Assembly (NCBI GenBank): GCA_031082205.1
Contig: JAVHLJ010000004.1
Location: forward strand, 8,942 to 72,941
Length of the DNA: 64,000 nt
Direction of reading: 5' to 3'
Source: Elusimicrobiales bacterium
Lineage (GTDB): Bacteria > Elusimicrobiota > Elusimicrobia > Elusimicrobiales > UBA9959
Shown: piece after piece, positions 1-9,401 of the stretch
Numbering within the stretch: position 1 is the stretch's first letter
Layout of the letters: every line of letters begins with the position of its first letter
The notes under the pieces: model-generated
What the model saw: only the letters and a program-made list of their open reading frames with translations
The model's database searches: none
What the model was told of the DNA's origin: nothing
Position numbers and translations under genes: made by a program

Positions 1-1
1 C

Positions 2-781
2 GGCTCGCACGCGCTGGCGGAGAAATGGCTCAAAGAGATAAAGCGGCGCGCCCGGGGAGGGGGGAAGGATTCTCTGCCCTCGGCCCTCATGACCACGACG
101 CGTCTTTCGCTCGGCCGGGAGAAAGAGATCGTCGACGAGTACCGCCGGCTCGGTCTGGGCGGAGTTTTCCTGCGTCCCCTCTCGCCCATAGGCTACGCCG
201 GCTCGGTCTGGGAGGAGATAGGGTATCCTCCTTCCGCTTTCGCCGCTTTCTACGACAAGGCCCTGTCGTATATCATGCGGATAAACCTCGCGGGCGAGCG
301 CTTCGTCGAGCGCAACGCCGCGCTGCTGGCGCGCAAGATACTCTCGCGCGAGGACCCCAACTACCTCGACCTGCGCTCGCCCTGCGGCGCCGCCGCCGGC
401 CAGCTGGCCTATAACTGGGACGGGCAGGTCTATACCTGCGACGAAGGGCGCATGGTCGGCGCGCGCGGCGACCTGCTTTTCAGGACGGGTTCCTGCCGGG
501 ACTCCTCGGCGGCCGATCAGGCCGCCTCGCCCGCGTCCCGGCTCTGCGCCATGGCGTCCTGCCTGGAATCGCAGCATCACTGCTTCCGCTGCGCGTACAA
601 GCCCTACTGCGGGGTCTGCCCCGTCCATAATTACGAGACGCAGGGCTCGCCCTGGGGGAACATCGCCGCCGGCTCCTGGTGCGCCGTGCAGAAGGGGATA
701 TTCGCCGCGGTGTTCCGGCGGCTTTCCTCGCCGCGCGAGCGGCGGGTCATCGAGTCGTGGATAAAAGGGGACGGACGCTGA
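2..781 (+). CDS. hxsB: His-Xaa-Ser system radical SAM/SPASM maturase HxsB-like, 5'-truncated by the window edge
   Basis: Frame is open from position 2 (GSHALAEKW...SALMTTTRLSL). YLDLRSPCGAAAGQLAYNWDGQVYTCDEGRM and CFRCAYKPYCGVCPV match the HxsB SPASM region. Confidence 0.85.
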   Translation, partial: GSHALAEKWLKEIKRRARGGGKDSLPSALMTTTRLSLGREKEIVDEYRRLGLGGVFLRPLSPIGYAGSVWEEIGYPPSAFAAFYDKALSYIMRINLAGERFVERNAALLARKILSREDPNYLDLRSPCGAAAGQLAYNWDGQVYTCDEGRMVGARGDLLFRTGSCRDSSAADQAASPASRLCAMASCLESQHHCFRCAYKPYCGVCPVHNYETQGSPWGNIAAGSWCAVQKGIFAAVFRRLSSPRERRVIESWIKGDGR

Positions 782-1680
782 TGCCCGATATCCCCGTCTG
801 GCACAAGTGCGACAACCGCTGCGTGATGTGCACCAACGGGCCCGAGTTCGCGCGCCAGGAGGCGTCGCAGTACGGCCTGCGCTGCCAGGTGGGCAAGCTG
901 GAGCGCTACCTCAGCGGGCGCTACGGCAAGGTCTATCTCAAGAATCCCGACAAGCCTTTCTTCGTCAGCCTGACCGGCGGCGAGCCCACCATGCATCCAG
1001 AATTCATCAAGCTGCTGGCCTATTTCAGGCGCCGGCTTCCGGGCACCAGGCTGACGCTGCTGACCAACGGCCGCAGGCTGGGAGATAAAGCCTTTGCCCG
1101 CAGGGTGATGGCCGTGGCGGCTCCGCCCTTCTCCCTGGGAGTGCCGGTGCACGGGCCGGACGCGCGGACGCACGACGCCGTCGCGGGCGTGCGCGGCGCT
1201 TTCCGCCAGACCATGGCGGGCCTGCGCAACTTCATGGGGCTGCGCGCCGGCCAGGAACTGGAGATACGCGTCGTCCTGCACCGTCTCAACATAAAGAAGC
1301 TCGGCCCGCTGCTCGGGTTGCTGCTGAGGGAATTCCCGGACACCGCCGGCTACCGCGTCGTCCTTATCCATTACGAGATAGAGGGGATGTCTTCGGCGAA
1401 CAATAAAAAACTTTCGCTGCGCCTGTCGGATTCTGCCGAGGCCATAGCCCGGCTGCGCCCGCTGCTGGCCCGCTTCGCCGAACTGAGGCTCTATCATTTC
1501 CCGAGGTGCGTCCTGCCCGCGGACCTGCGCGGCCTCTGCTGGGTGACGCTGCCCGAAGAGGACCGGCTCTACCCGCCGGGGGCCTGCGGGGGCTGCGCGC
1601 TGAGGCGCGGGTGCGCCGGCCTCATGAAGGATTACGCCGCCGTTTACGGGACCGGCGAGCTGCGGAAGGTGCGCCGGTGA
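781..1680 (+). CDS. Radical SAM protein, HxsC-like
   Basis: Start moved to ATG 781 (TGATG overlap). CDNRCVMC, LTGGEPT, FPRC and C-terminal CGGCALRRGCAG. Confidence 0.85.
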   Translation: MPDIPVWHKCDNRCVMCTNGPEFARQEASQYGLRCQVGKLERYLSGRYGKVYLKNPDKPFFVSLTGGEPTMHPEFIKLLAYFRRRLPGTRLTLLTNGRRLGDKAFARRVMAVAAPPFSLGVPVHGPDARTHDAVAGVRGAFRQTMAGLRNFMGLRAGQELEIRVVLHRLNIKKLGPLLGLLLREFPDTAGYRVVLIHYEIEGMSSANNKKLSLRLSDSAEAIARLRPLLARFAELRLYHFPRCVLPADLRGLCWVTLPEEDRLYPPGACGGCALRRGCAGLMKDYAAVYGTGELRKVRR

Positions 1681-2834
1681 AATACCTGGCCCTGCTCACC
1701 TTCGCCGCTTTCCTCCTCTGGGGGCTGGGCGTGGTGCGCGAGGACGCCGAGCGGCGCAAGATCCCCAACGCCAGGATAGCCGCGGGTCTGAAGCTGCTGT
1801 TCTTCGCGCTGGCGCTTCAGGCGCTCAATACCGCGCTCGGGATGTCCGGCCGCGCCGACAGTTTCCTCAACCCGGAGTTCTACCGGCTGCTGGCCGGCCA
1901 CCTGGCCTGGACCGCGGCCGCCGGGATGGTGCTCTGGTACTCCGAGCTCTGGCCGGCCGGCGACGCCAAGTTCTTCATGGTCGCCTCGGCTTTCCTGCCG
2001 CTCATCCACCCGTTCGTCGGCGGCATGCCCGGATACCTCTTCCTGGTCTTCCTCATAAACACCTTCATAGCCGCCTCGCTTTACGTGCTGGGGTCCTATG
2101 TCGCCGAAGGGTTCCGGTCCGCGGCCCCCTCCGAGTTCTTCGCCAAGCTGCGCGGCGACGCGCGGCAGCGCCTGGCCGCCATAGCCGGCGAGAACGGCCG
2201 CGCGGCCGTGGCCCCGTACCTGCTCAATCTCGGTTTCATCTTCCTGCTGCAGCAGATACTCATGAAGGAGCTCAGCGGCGCGCTGTTCAGGGTCTTCAGC
2301 CACACGGGCGTGCTGTTCTTCTTCATGTTCTTCCTCTGGGACAAGATAGCGCCGTATTTCCGCAGCCGGGCATGGATGAGGGTCTCGGCGGTGTCTTACG
2401 CCCTCTATTTCGGCCTGGGCCTGCTTTTCTTCAGCGAGAGGCTTTTCGAGGTGGTCCTGGGCGCCGGGTCCAATGTCGCCAGGTTCAGCGCGCTGATCTT
2501 CGTCGGGCGTTTCATGCTGGAATACCTGATGGAGAAGAAGGACCTGGTCTACCTGCCGGCCGCCGAGGTGAAAGAGGGAGTGATCCTTTCCGCGGCCGAG
2601 CTGCGCGTCGCCCGCAACAACCCCGTTTTCGAAGGGGCCTTCGAGGACTGTTTCAAGGACGGTCTTTCGGAGGAGCAGGCCCGGCTCCTGCGCGAGTGGA
2701 TGGGCCGCCTGGCGGAGAAAGTGCCCGACCCCAAGATAGAGACCGTCAAGGGCAGACCTTTCGCCCTCTGGATATACGCGGGCGCGCTGCTGACGCTTTT
2801 CCTGGACAGGAACCTGGGACATTACATCAGATGA
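1677..2834 (+). CDS. A24-family prepilin/preflagellin (FlaK/PibD-like) aspartyl peptidase, polytopic membrane protein
   Basis: GTG start overlaps the upstream TGA. REDAERRKIPN and WPAGDAKF carry the two catalytic-type Asp. C-terminal VKEGVIL...GLSEEQ...PFALWIYAG resembles the FlaK C-terminal domain. Confidence 0.75.
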   Translation: MKYLALLTFAAFLLWGLGVVREDAERRKIPNARIAAGLKLLFFALALQALNTALGMSGRADSFLNPEFYRLLAGHLAWTAAAGMVLWYSELWPAGDAKFFMVASAFLPLIHPFVGGMPGYLFLVFLINTFIAASLYVLGSYVAEGFRSAAPSEFFAKLRGDARQRLAAIAGENGRAAVAPYLLNLGFIFLLQQILMKELSGALFRVFSHTGVLFFFMFFLWDKIAPYFRSRAWMRVSAVSYALYFGLGLLFFSERLFEVVLGAGSNVARFSALIFVGRFMLEYLMEKKDLVYLPAAEVKEGVILSAAELRVARNNPVFEGAFEDCFKDGLSEEQARLLREWMGRLAEKVPDPKIETVKGRPFALWIYAGALLTLFLDRNLGHYIR

Positions 2835-3781
2835 AAAAGAAAAAAACCTCCGCGCGCCCGAAGCGGCTGAAAATAGTCCTGTTCACCGGCTACCGGTGCA
2901 ACAACAACTGCCGCTTCTGCATCGACGCCGACAAGCGGGACCTGCCCGAGAAGACCACGGCGGAGCTGCTGCGCGACCTTTACGCCGCCAGACGCAAGGG
3001 GGCGAAGATAGTGGAGATAATCGGCGGGGAGTCCACGATAAGGCCCGATTTCCCGGCGCTGGTGCGGGCCGCCAGGCGGCTGGGGATAAAGGACGTGGTC
3101 GCGGCCACCAACGGCCGCGTCTTCTCCGATCCGGCGGCCGCCCGCGCGATAGTGAAGTCCGGCATCGGCGCTCTTATCTTCTCCGTGCACGGGCCCGACG
3201 CCCGCGTTCACGACGCGCTCACCCGTTCGCCCGGCAGCTTCCGCGAGCTCTCGCGGGGGCTCGAGAACCTGCGCGCGCTGGGCTTCCGCAATATCAACGG
3301 CAACACCACGGTGGTCAAGCGGAACATGCGCCGCCTGCCGGATATCGCCCGGTTCTACGCGCGCAACGGCGTGCGCAACGTGGAGTATATCTTCGTGGAC
3401 CCCAATTACGGCGGCGCGAAGAACGATTTCCGCGCCCTGGTGCCGCGCATCTCCGACGCGGCGCCGTACATGAGGCGGGCGCTGGACATCGGCAACAAGG
3501 CCGGCTTCACGGAGTGGAAGGTCCGCTACGTCCCGCTCTGTCATTTCGCCGGCTACCTCGGCCAGATAAGCGAGATCAACGAGCGGGCCCTTTTCGAGAC
3601 CGAACACTGGGCCCCCGATTTCATCAATCCCGACGCCATCGCCTCGCGCCGCGCCGTGGGCAGGCGCAGGACGGAGCGCTGCCGCGGCTGCGCGGCCTGG
3701 GACGCCTGCGAAGGCATCTGGACCGAATACTTCTCGCGATACGGCGACTCCGAACTCCGCCCAATGAAGAGGTACCCGTGA
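2831..3781 (+). CDS. Radical SAM protein, HxsC-like
   Basis: ATGA overlap start. CNNNCRFC, IIGGEST, VPLC, CRGCAAWDACEG. Confidence 0.85.
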   Translation: MKKKKTSARPKRLKIVLFTGYRCNNNCRFCIDADKRDLPEKTTAELLRDLYAARRKGAKIVEIIGGESTIRPDFPALVRAARRLGIKDVVAATNGRVFSDPAAARAIVKSGIGALIFSVHGPDARVHDALTRSPGSFRELSRGLENLRALGFRNINGNTTVVKRNMRRLPDIARFYARNGVRNVEYIFVDPNYGGAKNDFRALVPRISDAAPYMRRALDIGNKAGFTEWKVRYVPLCHFAGYLGQISEINERALFETEHWAPDFINPDAIASRRAVGRRRTERCRGCAAWDACEGIWTEYFSRYGDSELRPMKRYP

Positions 3782-4818
3782 GGACGCCCTCGCATCTGAC
3801 CGTTTACCTGTCGCGCGCCTGCGACATGGCCTGCGCGTACTGCTTCGTGCCCGGCGGCCGCGGCTCTGTGAAGCCCGCCGCGCTGAACGGTAAGATAGAT
3901 TCTTTCGTGCGGGCCGGCGGCGATAAGATCACTTTTCTCGGCGGCGAGCCGCTCCTGCGCTGGGGAGTGCTGCGGGCCGCGGTCGCGCGGCTGGCCAGGC
4001 TGTATCCCGGCGTCGGCGCGACCGTCTTCACCAACGGCGCGGCGCTTTCGCGCGGTCGCGCGGAGGAACTGCTGCGACTGGGAGCCAGGATAGTGCTCAG
4101 CCTCGACGGGGGCAGGGCCGACAACGACAGGTTCCGCAGGCTGAAGGCCGGGGGGTCGGCCTACGCGGCCGCGCTGCGGGACCTGCCGCGCGGGCTCAGG
4201 GCCCGCATGACCGTTTCCGCGGTGGTGCGGCCGGAGAACGCCGGGCGCCTGGCCGCCAATGTAATGTCCCTCTACTCGGCCGGTTTCCGCTCGATAGCCT
4301 GGGCGCCGGACATCAAGGCCTCCTGGGGCCCCGCCGAAGCCCGCGTTCTTTCGGCCGAACTCCTGCGTGTCGGGCGCGACTACGCCGCCCTGGACCGCGC
4401 CGGCCGGCCCGTCTACGAGATAGCCAATATCTACGAGCTCCTGGGTTCCATGCGCGGGGAGGACACCGCCGGCTGCGCCTCGATGACGCTGTCTCCGGAG
4501 GGGGCCGTCCTGCCCTGCGACAAGCTGCTGGCGGCGCCCGGTGCCTCGCGCCGCCGTTTCTCCGGCGCCGCGGGGCGCGCGAAGTTCTTCGCCGAGGCCG
4601 CCGCGGCGGGGGCCTCTCCGTCCGAACCGCTCTGTCCCGCCGGCTATTATTCGCTGCTGCGCCACGCCGGCGGGCTGGCCCAGTCCGACCTGCGCGCGGC
4701 CATGGACCTCCGCCTCTCATTCTCCAGGGCCTACGGCGCGGCTATGCGCCGACTGGTGAAGGCCCTCTCCCGCTTGCCGGCCTTCCGCCGCCGTCAGGGA
4801 CTGGAGGGGCCGCTATGA
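3778..4818 (+). CDS. Radical SAM protein
   Basis: GTGA overlap start. CDMACAYC, FLGGEPL, SLDG, and a GCASMTLSPEGAVLPC region. Confidence 0.8.
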   Translation: MRTPSHLTVYLSRACDMACAYCFVPGGRGSVKPAALNGKIDSFVRAGGDKITFLGGEPLLRWGVLRAAVARLARLYPGVGATVFTNGAALSRGRAEELLRLGARIVLSLDGGRADNDRFRRLKAGGSAYAAALRDLPRGLRARMTVSAVVRPENAGRLAANVMSLYSAGFRSIAWAPDIKASWGPAEARVLSAELLRVGRDYAALDRAGRPVYEIANIYELLGSMRGEDTAGCASMTLSPEGAVLPCDKLLAAPGASRRRFSGAAGRAKFFAEAAAAGASPSEPLCPAGYYSLLRHAGGLAQSDLRAAMDLRLSFSRAYGAAMRRLVKALSRLPAFRRRQGLEGPL

Positions 4819-6017
4819 AAAAGGGAGCCGGGGTGAAGGGGAAGTGCTACGAGCTGATATTAAATTACAACTGCAGCGCGCGCTGCCTGTTCTGTTCGCA
4901 GGGCAGCTTCGATAAATCTCTCAACGCCCCGACGCCGCGGCTGCTGGCCGATATCCGCGCCGCCTACAAGGGAGGCTACCGCCGTCTCGGCCTGACCGGC
5001 GGCGAGCCGCTCATCCGCCCCGACATGGAGAAGATAGTCGCCGCGGGCAGGCGGGCGGGTTTCGGGTTCATCCGCGTCCAGACCAACGGCATCCGGCTGG
5101 CCGACGAGGCTTTCTGCCGCCGGCTGGCCAGGGCGGGCCTGACGCTCGTTAAATTCTCTTTCACCAGCGACAGGGCCGCCGAGCACGACCTGCTCGTGGG
5201 GGTTAAAGGCGCTTTCGCGAAGGCCTCCGCCGGGGTGGAGAACCTGCGCGGGCTGGGCCTGCGCGTCGCCAATAATATCCTGGTCAACCGGCTCAATTAC
5301 CGCCGGCTGGACTCCGTCATCGACTACTGGCTGCGCAAAGGGATAAGCAGTTTCGTGGTCATCTATCCCGTCTATATCGGCAGCATGCGGGCCAATCACT
5401 CCAGGCTGGGGGTGAGCCTGCCCGACTGCGCGCCTTATTTCAAAAAAGCCGCCGAGCTGATGGAGCGGCGCGGGCTGGGCGGCGAGATCCTTTTCCTCAA
5501 CGTGCCGCCCTGCTTCCTCAAGGGCCGCGAGTCGCTGGCGATAGGGCTCGATAAGTTCAACACTACGGTCACGGACCCCGAAGGCGGGAGCAGCGACCTC
5601 GACGCCAACGCCGAGGAGGCCAAGGTCCACGGCCCGCCGTGCCGGCGCTGCGCGCTGGCCGCGCGCTGCCGCGGCGCCGACCGCAATTACGCGGAGCTCT
5701 ACGGCTGGCGCGGCTTCAGGCCTTTCAGGTCGCTCCCCCGGCCCCGCAGGGAAAAGGGCGGCCCCTCGGAGAGGACTTTCTTCTCCGACAATGAACGCTG
5801 CATGGTGAAAATACTCGAAGGGGGAGGATGGAAGACCACCGCCGCCGTGCTGGCCTTCTCCAAAAAGATGGCCATCTGCCGCGACTGCTCCGACGGCAAC
5901 GCCGTGCTCAACGCCGGCCTGTCGCTGGAGAAGAAGGGCCTTGTGGAGAAGAAACTGGAGCGCGGCGTATTCCTCTGGCGGACCAGGCCCGGCGCGGGCT
6001 CGGAGGAACGCGCATGA
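4815..6017 (+). CDS. Radical SAM protein (HxsC-like) with an extra C-terminal wHTH-like/CxxC domain
   Basis: CSARCLFC, LTGGEPL, VPPC, CRRCALAARCRG, followed by a tail of about 80 aa containing CRDC. Confidence 0.8.
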   Translation: MKKGAGVKGKCYELILNYNCSARCLFCSQGSFDKSLNAPTPRLLADIRAAYKGGYRRLGLTGGEPLIRPDMEKIVAAGRRAGFGFIRVQTNGIRLADEAFCRRLARAGLTLVKFSFTSDRAAEHDLLVGVKGAFAKASAGVENLRGLGLRVANNILVNRLNYRRLDSVIDYWLRKGISSFVVIYPVYIGSMRANHSRLGVSLPDCAPYFKKAAELMERRGLGGEILFLNVPPCFLKGRESLAIGLDKFNTTVTDPEGGSSDLDANAEEAKVHGPPCRRCALAARCRGADRNYAELYGWRGFRPFRSLPRPRREKGGPSERTFFSDNERCMVKILEGGGWKTTAAVLAFSKKMAICRDCSDGNAVLNAGLSLEKKGLVEKKLERGVFLWRTRPGAGSEERA

Positions 6018-6856
6018 GCCCTCTCGTGCACCTTCTGACCGCCTGCGACCAGCGCTGCGTGTTCTGTTCCTACCCGGCCGAGACCTCGGCCCCGGAAGGG
6101 GAGGGTCTCGCCTCGTGGGCGGCGGCGCTCAAAGAGCCGGGCCTGGTCCAGATATCGGGCGGCGAGCCGCTGCTGGCCGACAGGGGCGCGCTGCTTAAAT
6201 TCGTCCTCTACTGCGCCGGCCGTAAGCGGCGGGTGGAGCTGCAGACCAACGGCGTTCTTCTCGCGGGGCTGCCGGAGGCTTATTTCAGGCGGCTGGTCCG
6301 GGCGGTCGGTCTGTCCGGCGGCTATTTCAACGTCAATTTTCCGTCTGACACGGCCGCGGCCGATCTTAAGATAACCCGGGCCCGCGGGGCTTTCGCCGCA
6401 AGATCGCGCGGCGTTCGCCGGCTGATAAAAGCCGGGGCGGCGGTGCGGCTGACCCACGTGATAAATTCGCTCAATTACCGGCGCCTGCCGGCCTTCGTCG
6501 AATTCGCGGCGGGCCGGCTCGAGGGCGTATCCTGGATACAGTTCAGTTTCATAAAGGCTTCGGGCCGGTCCGGCGGCGGCCGGCATGTGCCGCGCTACGG
6601 GGCCGTTTCGCCTTACCTCGTAAAAGCGCTGGGGCTTTGCCGGGAGCGGGGGCTGGTCTGCGAGACCGACCACATACCGCCGTGTTTCCTCGGCGGGTTC
6701 GCGCTTTCAAGCGTGGACGCCAAAAAACTATCATCTGGAGAGCGGGGCCCGCAGCTGGCCGAGAAGGCCTATGTCGCCGCCTGCCGGGGCTGCCGCATGA
6801 AAAATATCTGCCCCGGTCCCCGAAAGGACTATATAAAGGTCCACAAGACGCTATGA
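6014..6856 (+). CDS. Radical SAM protein, HxsC-like
   Basis: ATGA overlap start. CDQRCVFC, ISGGEPL, IPPC, CRGCRMKNICPG. Confidence 0.8.
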   Translation: MSPLVHLLTACDQRCVFCSYPAETSAPEGEGLASWAAALKEPGLVQISGGEPLLADRGALLKFVLYCAGRKRRVELQTNGVLLAGLPEAYFRRLVRAVGLSGGYFNVNFPSDTAAADLKITRARGAFAARSRGVRRLIKAGAAVRLTHVINSLNYRRLPAFVEFAAGRLEGVSWIQFSFIKASGRSGGGRHVPRYGAVSPYLVKALGLCRERGLVCETDHIPPCFLGGFALSSVDAKKLSSGERGPQLAEKAYVAACRGCRMKNICPGPRKDYIKVHKTL

Positions 6857-8097
6857 ACAAGTCCCTCGCCGCGCTCAACAAGGAATTCCCCGTCCTGAAG
6901 GCCCGCTTCTCCGGGCGCAGGCTGGTGTATCTCGACAGCGCCTGCACCGTCCTCAAGATGCGCGGCGCGGCCGACGCGCAGCGGGAGAACCTGCTGCGGC
7001 TGGGCGGCTGCGGCGGGCGCCGCTCCTTCTATTCGCTGTCCGCCGGCATGGAGGAGGAGTTCGAGTCCGCTCGGCGCGCCGTCGCGGACTTCATGGGCGC
7101 CGCTTCGCCCGACGAGGTCATCTTCGCCGGCGGCGTCACCGACGCGGCCAACCTGCTGGCCAACTCTTTTCCCTTCACGAAAGAACGCGACGAGGTGGTC
7201 CTGTCGCCGCTGGAGCATAACGCCGTTTTCCTTCCTTTCGAGCGGCTGGCCGCCGCCGGGCGGGTGAAACTGAAGGTCCTCCCGCTCAAAGGGCTCGCCC
7301 CCGACCTGGACGCCCTGCCCCGGCTGCTGGGCCGCCGCACAGCGCTGGTCTGCCTCAACCACGCCTCCAATATCTTCGGCGGCAGGCAGGAGATCCGCCG
7401 CGCGGCGGCTGTTACGCGCGCGGCCGGCGCTTATCTCTTTTCCGACGACGCGCAGTTCGCCCCCACCCACGGCTCGGGCGCCGCGGCCGAGGGGGCCGAC
7501 GCCTGCGCCTTTTCCGGCCACAAACTGGGCGCGCCCTACTGCACCGGCGCGCTTTACGTCCGCCGGGAGCTGATGGCGAAGCTGCGCCCCTGGCGCGTCG
7601 GCGGCGGCACCGTGGAGGGAGTGGAACGCGACGGAGGCTACAAGGCTAAATATATCGGCGGCAACAGGGGTTTCGAGGCCGGCGTTCAGAATTACGCCGG
7701 CGCGGCCGGCCTGGCCGCGGCGATACGGCGGCTGGAACTTGCCGGCTTCGGCAATATCCGGGCGCATGTCTCCGGGCTGGTCATGGACGCTCATGACAGG
7801 CTGTCGGCCGTAAAAGGCGTCCGCGTTCTGGGCGACCGGGCCGCCCTGGCGGAGGGCTCGCTCATATCGATAGTCCCGGAGAAACGCGGCTTCTCGGCTC
7901 AGGACTTCGCTCTCTTCCTGGACTCGAGCGTCAAAGGGCTTTCGATAGCCGTGCGCTCCGGCCGCCACTGCGCCGACCTGGCCTGCCTGGCCTCGGGCGT
8001 GAAGGAAACCCTGCGGCTGTCGTATTTCACCTACAATACGCCGGCCGACACCGAGACCTTCGCGCGGGCGCTGGAACGCTACCTGCGGATGCTCTAA
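6853..8097 (+). CDS. SufS-like PLP-dependent cysteine desulfurase (aminotransferase class V)
   Basis: ATGA overlap start. YLDSAC, EHNA, FSGHK (PLP Lys), FEAG, RSGRHCA (type II catalytic Cys). Confidence 0.85.
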   Translation: MNKSLAALNKEFPVLKARFSGRRLVYLDSACTVLKMRGAADAQRENLLRLGGCGGRRSFYSLSAGMEEEFESARRAVADFMGAASPDEVIFAGGVTDAANLLANSFPFTKERDEVVLSPLEHNAVFLPFERLAAAGRVKLKVLPLKGLAPDLDALPRLLGRRTALVCLNHASNIFGGRQEIRRAAAVTRAAGAYLFSDDAQFAPTHGSGAAAEGADACAFSGHKLGAPYCTGALYVRRELMAKLRPWRVGGGTVEGVERDGGYKAKYIGGNRGFEAGVQNYAGAAGLAAAIRRLELAGFGNIRAHVSGLVMDAHDRLSAVKGVRVLGDRAALAEGSLISIVPEKRGFSAQDFALFLDSSVKGLSIAVRSGRHCADLACLASGVKETLRLSYFTYNTPADTETFARALERYLRML

Positions 8098-8104
8098 GAC
8101 AGGC

Positions 8105-8145
8105 CCAATTATATAGAATATATTCAGCACATCTACGGAGGAAAA
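8105..8145 (+). promoter_or_regulatory. AT-rich promoter-like spacer and RBS for ygeY
   Basis: TATAGAAT in an AT-rich island, and GGAGG upstream of ATG 8146. Confidence 0.4.
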
Positions 8146-9336
8146 ATGGACAAGAAAGAACTGCTGCACAAGACCGCTTTGAAATACAGGAACGACATGG
8201 TGAAGTTCGCCTCGGACCTGGTCAAGATCCCCAGCTTCTCCTGCAAGGAAGGCCCGCTGGTGGAGCGCATCAAGAAAGAGATGATAAAGGTCGGCTTCGA
8301 CAAGGTGAAGATCGACGCGATGGGCAATATCATCGGCTTCCTCGGCAAGGGGAAGAAGAAGATCATGATGGACGCCCATATCGACACCGTCGGCATAGGC
8401 GACCCCAAGGCCTGGAAGATAAACCCGTTCGCCGGCCTGGTCAAGAACGGCCATATCTACGGCCGCGGCGCCACCGACCAGAAGCTCTCCATGGTCCCGA
8501 TGGTCTACGCCGCCAAGATGATAAAGGAACTCGGCCTCGAGGGCGACTATACGCTTATGGTCGTCGGCTCCGTCATGGAGGAGGACTGCGACGGCCTCCC
8601 GATACTGCATATCGTCAACAAGGAGAAGATCCGCCCGGACTTCGTGGTCATCACCGAGCCGACCGACCTCAAGGTGTACCGCGGCCACCGCGGCCGCATG
8701 GAGATGAAGGTCGTGACCAAGGGACGCAGCTGCCACGCCAGCGCGCCCGAGCGCGGCGACAACGCCGTGGTCAAGATGGCCGACATCACCAAGGAGATCA
8801 CCGCCCTCAACAAGCGGCTCAAGAACGACAAGTTCATCGGCAAGGGCACCGTCGCCGTCACCTCGATAGAGTGCAAGACGCCGTCGCTCAACGCCGTGCC
8901 CGACGAGTGCACGATATACCTGGACCGCCGCCTGACCGTGGGCGAGACGCTCAAGAGCTCGGTCGCCGAGATAAAGCGGCTGCCTTCCGTGAAGAAGGCG
9001 AAGGCCTCCGTCGAGGTGCTGCAGTACTCCGAGACCGCCTGGACCGGCCTGAAGGTCGGCCAGGAGAAATACTTCCCGACCTGGGTGCTGCCGGAGAACC
9101 ACAAGCTGGTGCAGGCCGGCGCCCGCGCCGCGGCCATAGCGCTCAAGAAGAAGCCGGTCATAGACCGCTGGGTGTTCTCCACCAACGGCGTGGCTTCGGC
9201 CGGCCGCCTGGGCATCCCTACGATAGGCTTCGGCCCGTCCAACGAGATCTACGCCCACACGGTCAACGAGAACATGCCGATAGACCACCTGGTCAAGGCG
9301 GCCGTGTTCTACGCCGCGCTGCCCGGCGAGCTCTGA
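8146..9336 (+). CDS. ygeY: YgeY-family M20 metallohydrolase
   Basis: DAHIDTV, GRGATDQK, VMEEDCDG, TEPT, GHRGR, HASAPERGDNA, FSTNG, GFGP...AH. Confidence 0.85.
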   Translation: MDKKELLHKTALKYRNDMVKFASDLVKIPSFSCKEGPLVERIKKEMIKVGFDKVKIDAMGNIIGFLGKGKKKIMMDAHIDTVGIGDPKAWKINPFAGLVKNGHIYGRGATDQKLSMVPMVYAAKMIKELGLEGDYTLMVVGSVMEEDCDGLPILHIVNKEKIRPDFVVITEPTDLKVYRGHRGRMEMKVVTKGRSCHASAPERGDNAVVKMADITKEITALNKRLKNDKFIGKGTVAVTSIECKTPSLNAVPDECTIYLDRRLTVGETLKSSVAEIKRLPSVKKAKASVEVLQYSETAWTGLKVGQEKYFPTWVLPENHKLVQAGARAAAIALKKKPVIDRWVFSTNGVASAGRLGIPTIGFGPSNEIYAHTVNENMPIDHLVKAAVFYAALPGEL

Positions 9337-9365
9337 GCGCCGGCGCGGTCCCGTACGCGGTATGA

Positions 9366-9399
9366 CCCCCCGCGCGAGGGCGCGGGGGGGACGGTTTTT
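9366..9399 (+). terminator. GC-rich hairpin between ygeY and the next rSAM gene
   Basis: CCCCCCGCGC-GAGG-GCGCGGGGGG (perfect 10-bp stem); the T5 tract is offset by 5 nt. Confidence 0.5.
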
Positions 9400-9401
9400 C
9401 C

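Noticed and set aside
6829-9288. Long antisense and alternate-frame ORFs (also 12840..14417, 14788..16365, 25290..26588, 26873..28504, 48026..50764, 51098..53767, 60838..63321 and many others)
   Set aside because: They shadow well-supported genes, show no motifs, and have the Arg/Gly/Ala/Pro-rich composition expected from stop-poor frames in high-GC DNA.
6853-9336. Selenocysteine recoding in the selenium-linked genes
   Set aside because: No in-frame TGA interrupts these ORFs, and the terminal TGAs nearby are explained by start-stop overlaps or hairpins.
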